Origin: an uncultured bacterium
GTDB taxonomy: Bacteria > Krumholzibacteriota > Krumholzibacteriia > LZORAL124-64-63
Length of the DNA stretch: 64,000 nt
Assembly (NCBI GenBank): GCA_963732385.1
Contig: CAVSZB010000007.1
Coordinates: forward strand, 1 to 64,000
Direction: 5' to 3'
In this document: positions 41,103 through 49,564 of the stretch, piece after piece
Layout: each line of letters starts with the position of its first letter
How positions within the stretch are numbered: position 1 is the stretch's first letter
Program-made: the position numbers and the translations under genes
Notes under the pieces: generated by a model
What the model was told of the DNA's origin: nothing
Database searches by the model: none
What the model saw: the letters and a program-made list of their open reading frames with translations, nothing else

Positions 41103-42328
41103 TGCGGTGGCCGACAGCGTGGGGGCGCGCGGCGGCGTGCCTGGTTCTGCTCGCGGCGGGAAGCGCCGTTCCCGCTCGGGCGCAGAGCCCGTTCAGTCTG
41201 GTGCATCTCGGTGCCCCGACGACCGGCGGCGATGCCCGCGTGTGCGGGCGGGGCGGGTGGGGGCTGGCCGAGAGTGACACTCTGGCGCCGTCGTTCCTGA
41301 ATCCGGCCGGTCTGCCGGGGCTGCGGCAGGTGGTCATTTCCCTGTCGGGCTACGGGGAGAGGATCCGCAGCGAGGGGGAGGCAGGCAGTAGCGACAATGC
41401 CCGCGTCATGCTGCCCGACGTCGCGGTGGCGATGCCGCTGGGGGATGGTCGCGCGGTGCTTGCCACCGGCCTCCACGCCCGTCGTTCGACACAGTACACG
41501 ACGAGTCTGTCGCGGGAGTGGTACGTCGGGGCCGAACTGCTCGCCGCCGGCGAGGAGGTCTTCTCGCGCGAGGGGACGCAGTTCGCGGTGCCCCTGACGC
41601 TGGCCGCCCGCGCCACAGGCGAGCTTTCGCTCTCCGCCTCGCTCAACCTCGAGCGCGGGGCGATCCGCGAACGGGTTGACAATTTCTTCCTCGATCCGGT
41701 GGACAGCCTCGGCTACCGCCGCTCCTCCCTGGTACGCGAGGACGATTTCAGCGGCACGTCGGCCAGTTTCGGTCTGCAGTGGCGTCCCACCGGCGCGCTG
41801 TCGCTCGGCGCTGTGTTCACGACCCCCTGGGATTACTCCGTGACGCGCCGGCAGGAGGTTTACAATGTCTCCGGCGCGGTCGATTCGGCGTACACCGTGC
41901 GCATGCCGGCGGACTGGGGCGTGGGCGCGAGCGCGCGTCTGGCCGCGCGCTGGCGCGTCGGGGCAGACTACGAATGGCGCGGTCTCTCGGATCTGCGGGG
42001 TCGACCCGACTGGGAGCTTGCCGCGGCGGATGAGTGGCGGATCGGATTCGGGTGCGAGCGCGCCGGGGCGCGCGTGCGTCGGGGGGGCTGGAGCAACCTG
42101 CCGCTGCGGTTCGGCGTTTCGCGGGGACAGTGGGGCTATCGGGTGGGCGACGAACCGGTCCGCGAGTGGCGGATTGCCGCCGGCACCGGCTTCGTCCTCA
42201 GCGCAGGCAATGGACGGGTCGACGTGGGCCTCTCCTATGGCCGGGTCGGCGATCGTGACCGCAACGGCTATGTGGATGACGTGTGGCGGCTGGCGCTGTC
42301 GGTAGTCGGTCTGGAACGTTGGTGGTAA
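41102..42328 (+). CDS. Outer-membrane beta-barrel, FadL/OmpP1-like
   Basis: Signal peptide, QSPFS..LG, NPAGL hatch motif, LRFG, C-terminal ERWW. Confidence 0.7.
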   Translation: MRWPTAWGRAAACLVLLAAGSAVPARAQSPFSLVHLGAPTTGGDARVCGRGGWGLAESDTLAPSFLNPAGLPGLRQVVISLSGYGERIRSEGEAGSSDNARVMLPDVAVAMPLGDGRAVLATGLHARRSTQYTTSLSREWYVGAELLAAGEEVFSREGTQFAVPLTLAARATGELSLSASLNLERGAIRERVDNFFLDPVDSLGYRRSSLVREDDFSGTSASFGLQWRPTGALSLGAVFTTPWDYSVTRRQEVYNVSGAVDSAYTVRMPADWGVGASARLAARWRVGADYEWRGLSDLRGRPDWELAAADEWRIGFGCERAGARVRRGGWSNLPLRFGVSRGQWGYRVGDEPVREWRIAAGTGFVLSAGNGRVDVGLSYGRVGDRDRNGYVDDVWRLALSVVGLERWW

Positions 42329-42363
42329 GGGCCGGCGGCGTGGATTCCGGCGAGGGAGGACTC

Positions 42364-43143
42364 ATGCGAGGCGAGCGATTCGGTGGTCGGCACGCGGCGG
42401 CGCTCTGGGCGTTGCTGGCGGTGTCGGTGATCCTGCCGGGTTGTCAGAAGCAGGGCGAACAGTCGCAACTGGACCAGTTCCTGGCGCGGGCGCAGAAGCT
42501 GCCCGCGCCGCAACGGGAGGCGCTGTTGCGCCAGACCATCGGTAGCGGCGGCCGGCCGGCGGTCTTTGCCCACTTTGCCCTGGGCAATCAGTTCTATGAT
42601 GCGGCCAAAGACAGCAGCGCCGCCGGTGCTACCGCCGGCGCCGCCGCCCTGCTCGATTCGGCCCGCTGGTATTTCGAACAGGCCGCGCTCGACACGGCCT
42701 TAGTCGAGGCGCAGGTCAATCTCGGCTCGGTGTGGGACGACATGGCCGACCTGGGGGGGGCCCAGGCGGAACGTCAGACGCGACTGGAAAAGGCCGAAGC
42801 GGCCTACCGGCAGGCGCTCGCGCTGCGGCCGACGGATGAGAAGGCGCGCTGCAACCTCGGCGCGTTGTATGTCAAGAAACGCCAGTTCCCGGAGGCCGTC
42901 GCCCAGTTCCGCCAGGCGCTGGTCGATCACCCGCGCAGCGCCCTGGCCCACTACAACCTGGCCATCCTGTTCGCGGAGACGAAGATCTACCGCGAGGCCA
43001 GGGCGGAGTGGGCGGCGGCGGCGCAGGCCGATCCGCAGGGAGACATCGGCCGGCGTTCGCTCGCCAACGTCAGGATCGTCGAACAGATGATGTCCGCGAA
43101 GGATCCGGGCGCGCCGGGCCAGCCGCCGCCGACCCGTCCCTGA
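42364..43143 (+). CDS. TPR-repeat lipoprotein
   Basis: Lipobox LPG-C; TPR units AQVNLG, ARCNLGALY, AHYNLA. Confidence 0.85.
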   Translation: MRGERFGGRHAAALWALLAVSVILPGCQKQGEQSQLDQFLARAQKLPAPQREALLRQTIGSGGRPAVFAHFALGNQFYDAAKDSSAAGATAGAAALLDSARWYFEQAALDTALVEAQVNLGSVWDDMADLGGAQAERQTRLEKAEAAYRQALALRPTDEKARCNLGALYVKKRQFPEAVAQFRQALVDHPRSALAHYNLAILFAETKIYREARAEWAAAAQADPQGDIGRRSLANVRIVEQMMSAKDPGAPGQPPPTRP

Positions 43144-43176
43144 GGCGTCCTGGCCGGCGGTCGTTCGCGAGGAAGC

Positions 43177-44316
43177 ATGGATTTCCCGCTGCCCATCCCG
43201 CCGGCCTTGCGCCTGGCTGTTCCGACCGGGACCCGCGTCCTGCTCGCCCTCAGTGGCGGGGTGGACAGCGCCGTCGCCCTGGCGGTGTTGTGCCACCTCG
43301 GCTGTGAAGTCACCGCGGTGACCTTCAAGAATTTCTGTCTTGGCGAGGCCGGACCTGAAGGGGCCGACGGCGAGCGATCGTGCTGCTCCCTGGAGGCGGC
43401 GGAGGATGCGCGGCGGGTGGCCGCGATTCTCGGTGCGCGGCACTGGGTCCACGACGTGGCGCCGCTCTTCCGGGACGAGGTGATCGCGCCTTTCGTGGCG
43501 GAATACGCCGCCGGACGCACCCCGAACCCCTGTCTCGCCTGCAACGCGCGGGTCCGATTCCCGGAGCTGATCCGACTCGCCGACCAGCTCGGCCTCGCGC
43601 TCGTGGCGACCGGACACTTCGCCCGGCGCGAGGGCGGGAGCGGGGAGGCCCGCCTGCGGTGCGGTTTGGATCGCGACAAGGACCAGTCCTATTTCCTCTA
43701 CCGGCTGGAGCAGCCGCTGCTGGCGCGCGCGCTTTTCCCGCTCGGCTGGGCCACGAAGGCCCAGGTGCGCGACGCGGCGCGGGCGCTCGGCCTGCCGGTG
43801 GCGACGAAGGCCGAAAGCCAGGAAATCTGTTTCGTGCCGGGCGATGATCGTGCCTTCCTGTTCGCGGGCGGCGTCGCGGCTGCCGCGGGCGAGATCGTCG
43901 ATCGCGAGGGGCGGGTGGTCGGCGTACATCGCGGACTGGCGCACTACACGGTGGGGCAGCGGCGCGGACTGGGGGTGGCGGCCGCGCAGCCGCTTTACGT
44001 GCTGGCGATCGACGCCCCGCGCAACCGGGTGGTCATCGGTCCGGAGGAGGCGCTGGTCGTCCGCGAGGTGGTCTGCGACGATGTCGTGGAGACCTCGGGA
44101 CCGTTGCCGGCGGCGGGTCCGCCGGCGGGCCGTGCGTGCGTGGCGCGGATCCGCCACCGGCACGCCGGCGTGCGGGTCGCGGGCTGGCGCCGTGGCGAGG
44201 GACGGCTGGATGTGACGCTGGCGGAGCCGGCCCGGGGCGTGGCGCCGGGGCAGGCGCTGGTCCTGTACGAGGATGATCTGGTGCTGGGCGGCGGCCGCAT
44301 CGTCGGCACTGCCTGA
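43177..44316 (+). CDS. mnmA: tRNA 2-thiouridylase
   Basis: ALSGGVDS, GRTPNPC..CN, ATGHF, KDQSYFL, ESQEICF, YTVGQRRGL, VAPGQ. Confidence 0.96.
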   Translation: MDFPLPIPPALRLAVPTGTRVLLALSGGVDSAVALAVLCHLGCEVTAVTFKNFCLGEAGPEGADGERSCCSLEAAEDARRVAAILGARHWVHDVAPLFRDEVIAPFVAEYAAGRTPNPCLACNARVRFPELIRLADQLGLALVATGHFARREGGSGEARLRCGLDRDKDQSYFLYRLEQPLLARALFPLGWATKAQVRDAARALGLPVATKAESQEICFVPGDDRAFLFAGGVAAAAGEIVDREGRVVGVHRGLAHYTVGQRRGLGVAAAQPLYVLAIDAPRNRVVIGPEEALVVREVVCDDVVETSGPLPAAGPPAGRACVARIRHRHAGVRVAGWRRGEGRLDVTLAEPARGVAPGQALVLYEDDLVLGGGRIVGTA

Positions 44317-44372
44317 GCTTGAGGAACCGCGACAGCGCCGCGAGGCGGTCGCGAGTCAGGGGAGGTCGAGTC

Positions 44373-47072
44373 ATGCCAGGACGGATCGGACGGCGGGGCG
44401 CGCGGATCGCGATCGTGGTCGTGGCGGTGCTGGTCCTGCTGGTCGCGCTCGCGCCGCGGCTGGTGCCGGCGGGGAAGGTGCGCGACCTGATCGTCGCGCG
44501 CGCGCGCGCGGCGACCGGGGCGGACGTGGCGTTCGGGACCGCCTCGGTGCGACTCTTCCCCCGGTTGAGCGTGGCGGTGGCCGACGGCCGGATTTCCGGC
44601 ACCGGCGAGGCGCTGCGCACCGCCACCGGCCAGCCCAGTCCGCTGATCAGCTATCAGGCGAGTGTCGACCGGGTCGAAGTTTCGCTCGCGCTCGGACCGC
44701 TGCTGCGCCGGCGCGTGGAGATCGGGCGGGTGCGGCTCGTGCGGCCGCAGGTGGAGATCGTCACCGCGCCGCCGGCGCCGGCCAGCGGGGACGCGGTCGC
44801 ATCGTCTGGTTCACCGGGGGCGGCGCCTCTGGCGCTGGCCGTCGCGGCGCTCGAGGTGCGTGACGGCTCGCTGAAGTGGCGCGAGGCACAGACGGATCGC
44901 GCTGTCCTGATCGAGGGGTGGGAGCAGACCCTCACCGTGGGCGACCTGACCGCGCTCGCCGCGCGCCTGCGGGCGCTCGCCGCGCCGGGCGGTGGCGCGG
45001 CGGCGGGCGGCGGCGCGGCGCGGCTGGGGCTGACGGCCCGCGTCGGCTCGCTCACACTGGAGCGGTTCGGCCCGGTGTCGCCGCTGCGGCTGAACGATCT
45101 GACGCTCGAGGCGGAGGCTGCGCTGCCGCCGGCGGGCGACGCGCTGCAGTTGAAGGTCACGCGCGCGGCGTGGGGCCGGGTCGAACTCGCGGCAGAGGCG
45201 ACGATCGCCGCCGGAGCGGACGGCGGGCGCCGGCTGACCGGCTCGTGGCGTCTGCGGGAGGCGGAATTGCCGCCGCTGCTGGCGCAACTGCTGCCGCTTG
45301 CGCCGCCGGTTGCCGGTCCGGCCGGCGACTGGCTAGCCAGCGGTCCGGTCACCTCCGGCCGCCTGACCGCGTCGGGCGGTTTCACGCTGCCGTGGCCCCT
45401 GCCGCAGCCGGCCGCGCCGGAGCTGTTGGTGCGCGGGTTGTCGGCGGCAGGAACCCTGCGCGACGCGCGGATGAAACTGCCGGCCGGCGGCGTTGAGGTG
45501 GCGCTGGCCGCGGACTTCGCGCTCCAGGACGCAGGGCTGATATTGAGTGGCCTCCAGGTGGCTGATGCCGGCGGTGTTCTGCGGCTTGGCGGCGAGGCGA
45601 GTCTGCCGTTGCCGCCGTTGGGCGGACGCGTGGGGGCCGACCTGCGGGGGGCGCTCGACCTGACTGCGGCGGCGCCACTCTTTGCGCTGGTGCCGGTCCC
45701 GCGGCCCGCGCCGGGGCAGCCGGCGGCGGCCGGTTCATGGCAGGACTTCCGGTACGTCGGCAAGGTGGAATTCACGGCGCAGGCCGACCTGCCCGACGCC
45801 CCGCCGTTGAACCAGGCCGCGGCGTGGCGCGCGCGCCTGCAGGGCGCCGCCCCGACCGGCGTGAAGGTCGCCGGTAAGGTGGCGGGATTCACGGTGGAGG
45901 GGCCGCGTCTGAGCCCGGCGCTGGCGGTCCGCTCACTCGGTTTCGCCAGCGATCTGCGCACGCTGACCATCAGTATCGAGGGGGCGGAGCACCCGGTGCT
46001 GGCCGGCGGCGGTGAAGTGAGAATGACGCGGCTCCTGCCGGCCCCTCACGCCGAAGTCGATCTCCGGCTGACCCGTTTCGACGCCGACAAGCTGACCGAA
46101 ATGATGACCGGCGCGGGGGCGGGGAGCACTGCCGCGGCCGCGGTCGCAGGCGCGGACCCGTGGTCGCCCCTGCTGGGCTGGGCGGTCGGCGTGGCGCTGG
46201 CGGCGGCGCCGGCCGCTTCCGCCGTGCTGCCACCCGGCGAGGCGCTGCCCCTGCAACTTTCGGCGAGCTATCGGGCCGTCTCCGACGCGATGACCCTCGG
46301 CAAGCTCGCCTACACGCAGGTGGCGCTCGACGGGACGCTCGCCGACCGCGTTTTCGCGGTGCCGCGGGCGTCGGCCCGCCTCGGGGGGGGGAGTATCGAC
46401 GGCAGCGGTCGCGTGGACTATGCCGCGGATCCCTGGGGACGACTCGAATTCGCCGCGAAAGTGGCGGGGGTGTCGGCCGGTGCGCTCCTGACACCGTACA
46501 CGAAGGGGGCGGCGGCGATCTGGGAAGGCAAGGTGGGGGGGGACATCGGCGGCAGCTGCGGCCTGCGGGACCAGCGCGCCGTGCTGGCGTCGCTCAGCCT
46601 CGATGGACTGGCCGTTTCCAATGACGGGGTGATCCACGGCAGCCAGTACCTGCAGGAGATCGACCGCTATCTTGGAGTGCGCAAGGATCTCAAGGAGATC
46701 CGCTTCCGTGATTTCACCCACCATCTGAAGGTGCAGGACGGTCGCTACACCATCAGCGATCTGGCGTTGCGAGGTTACGACACTGACTGGTGGGGGGACG
46801 GCTGGATCGGTTTCGACGGTGGCATCGACCTGCGTCTCACCGTGAAACTGCCGGCCGGCTTCCGGCCGGAGATCGGCGACTTCGCGCCGCTGCTCGACAC
46901 CCTGCGCGGCGACGACGGCCGCCTCGCGCTGACCATGCAGCTGACCGGTCGCGCGATCCGGCCCGCGGTCGCGCTCGATCTTTCCGGCGCGAAGGCGAAA
47001 ACGCAGGCAAAAGTGCAGGAAGACGTCAAACGCGGGGTGGACCGCCTGCTTGACAAACTGAAGCGAAAATAG
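44373..47072 (+). CDS. AsmA-family protein
   Basis: N-terminal anchor, LFPRL.V, SLALGPLLRRRVEI..V.L..P, C-terminal G.IGFDG.IDL...G...P. Confidence 0.8.
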   Translation: MPGRIGRRGARIAIVVVAVLVLLVALAPRLVPAGKVRDLIVARARAATGADVAFGTASVRLFPRLSVAVADGRISGTGEALRTATGQPSPLISYQASVDRVEVSLALGPLLRRRVEIGRVRLVRPQVEIVTAPPAPASGDAVASSGSPGAAPLALAVAALEVRDGSLKWREAQTDRAVLIEGWEQTLTVGDLTALAARLRALAAPGGGAAAGGGAARLGLTARVGSLTLERFGPVSPLRLNDLTLEAEAALPPAGDALQLKVTRAAWGRVELAAEATIAAGADGGRRLTGSWRLREAELPPLLAQLLPLAPPVAGPAGDWLASGPVTSGRLTASGGFTLPWPLPQPAAPELLVRGLSAAGTLRDARMKLPAGGVEVALAADFALQDAGLILSGLQVADAGGVLRLGGEASLPLPPLGGRVGADLRGALDLTAAAPLFALVPVPRPAPGQPAAAGSWQDFRYVGKVEFTAQADLPDAPPLNQAAAWRARLQGAAPTGVKVAGKVAGFTVEGPRLSPALAVRSLGFASDLRTLTISIEGAEHPVLAGGGEVRMTRLLPAPHAEVDLRLTRFDADKLTEMMTGAGAGSTAAAAVAGADPWSPLLGWAVGVALAAAPAASAVLPPGEALPLQLSASYRAVSDAMTLGKLAYTQVALDGTLADRVFAVPRASARLGGGSIDGSGRVDYAADPWGRLEFAAKVAGVSAGALLTPYTKGAAAIWEGKVGGDIGGSCGLRDQRAVLASLSLDGLAVSNDGVIHGSQYLQEIDRYLGVRKDLKEIRFRDFTHHLKVQDGRYTISDLALRGYDTDWWGDGWIGFDGGIDLRLTVKLPAGFRPEIGDFAPLLDTLRGDDGRLALTMQLTGRAIRPAVALDLSGAKAKTQAKVQEDVKRGVDRLLDKLKRK

Positions 47073-47162
47073 TACCGTGCGGCATCTCCCTGCGCTCCGG
47101 CCGGTCGTCGGCGCGTGGGTGGAGAGGGCGGGAAGCCGGTCCAGGCAGGGTCTTGCATTGGT

Positions 47163-47253
47163 GGAGGGCTAGACCTAACTGGCAAGGCAGCGGTCTTGAA
47201 AACCGCCGGGGGGGAGACCTCCCATGAGGGTTCGAATCCCTCGCCCTCCGCCA
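47163..47253 (+). tRNA. tRNA-Ser (TGA)
   Basis: GCGGT-CTTGAAA-ACCGC anticodon arm, long variable arm, GGTTCGAATCC, CCA. Confidence 0.92.
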
Positions 47254-47265
47254 GGAAACCGATCG

Positions 47266-47358
<93 letters not shown>

Positions 47359-47372
47359 CCGCACGACACGGG

Positions 47373-47449
47373 GCGCCCATAGCTCAACTGGATAGAGCAT
47401 CTGGCTACGGACCAGAAGGTTGGGGGTTCGAATCCCTCTGGGCGTACCA
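47373..47449 (+). tRNA. tRNA-Arg (ACG)
   Basis: TCTGG-CTACGGA-CCAGA arm, GGTTCGAATCC, CCA. Confidence 0.95.
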
Positions 47450-47455
47450 AGTCGG

Positions 47456-47486
47456 AACGAGGGGCTGCCTGAGCAGCCCCTCGTTT
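47456..47486 (+). terminator. Terminator of the tRNA operon
   Basis: AACGAGGGGCTGC-ctga-GCAGCCCCTCGTT-T. Confidence 0.8.
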
Positions 47487-47626
47487 CTGTGCCGTCCCTT
47501 GTGCGCGCCTCATGCGTCGGCAATCAAGTTGCGGCAGCGGGCGTGGCGCGCTGTTGCGCTCGCAGCGACGCGCCGGTAATGTTCCGTCGTTCGTGCTCCC
47601 GATTTCCTCCCGTACGAAAGGGCGCC

Positions 47627-49564
47627 ATGGTGTCCATATTCCGCGCTCACCCGCTGCGTCGGGTGGGCAGGCCGGTGCCGCGTCTGCTGCTGGCCCTGGC
47701 CGCCGTCGGCGCCGGGTTCGGCGGGAGGGCCGCGGGCGCTGCGGTCCCCACGATTCCGCTCGACGACATCCACGAGGGGATGACCGGCTACGGTCTGACC
47801 GTCTTTCACGGCACGCGCATCGACACCTTCGGCGTGCGCGTCCTCGGTGTGCAGCGGCACGCCCGCGTCGCTGGCAACGTGATCCTCGTGGAGGTGAGCG
47901 GGCCCGGTCTGGCAGAGTCCGCCATTGCGCAGGGCATGAGCGGCAGTCCGGTCTATTTGGACGGTCGGTTCGCCGGCGCGGTGGCCTTCAGCTGGGAAGG
48001 CGCGCTCCGTCCGATCGGTGGTCTCACACCGGCGGCGGAGATGCTCGCGCTGCCCGCCGAGCCGCTCGCCGCGTCGCCCGAACAGCTCGGCGCCGGTTGT
48101 GATCTGCCGGCGCTGCTCGATCCGCTCGGCCGTGGCCGCGATCTCGCGGCGTGTCTGGCGGGCCGCGGCGACCGTGCGGCCGTGCCCGGGGCGGAGCCCG
48201 GGTGGTCGGGCGGGACGGCCTGGCCTTCGCCCGCCCTGCTCGCCGCGCGTCTGCTGCCGGGACTGACGGAGACGGGCGGGACCGGCGTTCCGGGGCTCGC
48301 CGCGCTCCTGCCGGGCTGGCACTGTCGGGCCCTCGGCTCGTCGCCGGCGGGGGGGGGCGCCGCACCGATCGCACCGCAGGACAGCGCCGGCGCATCTCCC
48401 GGATTCCTGCCGGGCGGGGCCTGCGCCGTCGCGCTGGTGCTCGGCGACGCCGAACTGGGCGCCATCGGCACGGTGTCGTGGCGCGATGGCGATCGTGTGG
48501 GGCTGTTCGGCCACCCGCTCCTGCAGGCGGGTCCGGTGGCGCTGCCGCTGGTCGCCGCGGAGGTCGTGGGCATCTTCCCGAGCCGTCAGATGTCCTTCAA
48601 GATGGGCGGCATGGGGTCGGTCGTGGGCGCCGTGCACCACGATCTGCGCTCCGGACTGGCGGGCCGGCTCGGTGCCGTGGCGCCCCTGGTGCCGGTCGCT
48701 GTGACCGTGTCGAGGCCGGGCGGCGAGGAACGGTACGCTTTCCAGGTCGCGCGCGATGCCCGCCTCACGCCGCAACTCGTCTACTGGTGCCTCTACAACA
48801 CGCTGCTGGCCCGGGGTGACGACCTCAGCCGGCAGACGATCCGTTACCGCATCGACGCCGACTGGCGCGCGCCAGACGGCGGCAGGGAGGGATGCGCGAG
48901 CAGCGGTGTGATCGCCGGTCCGGGCAGTGCCGCCGCGATGGCTCCCGACTGGAGCGGCCCGCTCCAGGCGATCTTCGAGAACCGCAATGCGCCGCTGACC
49001 CTCACGGGGGTGACCGCCGTCCTGCAGGTGACGCCCGGTATCGAGGCCGCCGCGATCACGGGGGCCGAGGCCGCGCCGGTCGCGCGGGCCGGAGAGATCT
49101 GGACGGTCACGGCCCACCTGCAGCCTTGGCGTGGCGACGCGCGCCAGGTCAGGCGGGAGCTGGCTCTGCCGGCGCGGCTGGCGCCGGGTCGCTACCATCT
49201 GCTGGTGGCGAGCGCCCGCGATGTCTTCGCGCTCGAAACGCAGCGCGTAGCCGAGCGGTTCGCCGACCATAGTCTCGCGGTGACGCTCGAACTGTTGCGT
49301 GCGCCGCGTTCGGCCGGGGATCTCGAGTTCGTGCTGTACGCGCCCGGTCGCGGCGTGACCGTGGACGGGCGCGAGTTCGCCGATCTGCCCGGCAGCGTGG
49401 CGGAGGCGTTCGCCGGCGGAACCGACGGACGCGTGGCGCCGACGCTGGCCGACATCGTACTGCGTGTGAGCGTACCGGACGGACCGGCGCTCGAGGGGGC
49501 GGCCATTCTGGCCCTGACCGTGCTGCCGGCCGCGCCGGCGCCCACCCCGGAGGGACGTCCATGA
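47627..49564 (+). CDS. SpoIVB/peptidase S55 domain secreted protein
   Basis: GMTGYGLTVF.G, AQGMSGSPVYLDG...GAVA, GTV, FGHP. Confidence 0.88.
   Translation: MVSIFRAHPLRRVGRPVPRLLLALAAVGAGFGGRAAGAAVPTIPLDDIHEGMTGYGLTVFHGTRIDTFGVRVLGVQRHARVAGNVILVEVSGPGLAESAIAQGMSGSPVYLDGRFAGAVAFSWEGALRPIGGLTPAAEMLALPAEPLAASPEQLGAGCDLPALLDPLGRGRDLAACLAGRGDRAAVPGAEPGWSGGTAWPSPALLAARLLPGLTETGGTGVPGLAALLPGWHCRALGSSPAGGGAAPIAPQDSAGASPGFLPGGACAVALVLGDAELGAIGTVSWRDGDRVGLFGHPLLQAGPVALPLVAAEVVGIFPSRQMSFKMGGMGSVVGAVHHDLRSGLAGRLGAVAPLVPVAVTVSRPGGEERYAFQVARDARLTPQLVYWCLYNTLLARGDDLSRQTIRYRIDADWRAPDGGREGCASSGVIAGPGSAAAMAPDWSGPLQAIFENRNAPLTLTGVTAVLQVTPGIEAAAITGAEAAPVARAGEIWTVTAHLQPWRGDARQVRRELALPARLAPGRYHLLVASARDVFALETQRVAERFADHSLAVTLELLRAPRSAGDLEFVLYAPGRGVTVDGREFADLPGSVAEAFAGGTDGRVAPTLADIVLRVSVPDGPALEGAAILALTVLPAAPAPTPEGRP

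Noticed and set aside
47163..47253. Long-variable-arm tRNA considered as tRNA-Sec
   Set aside because: Anticodon is TGA (Ser), not TCA, and the acceptor stem is 7 bp
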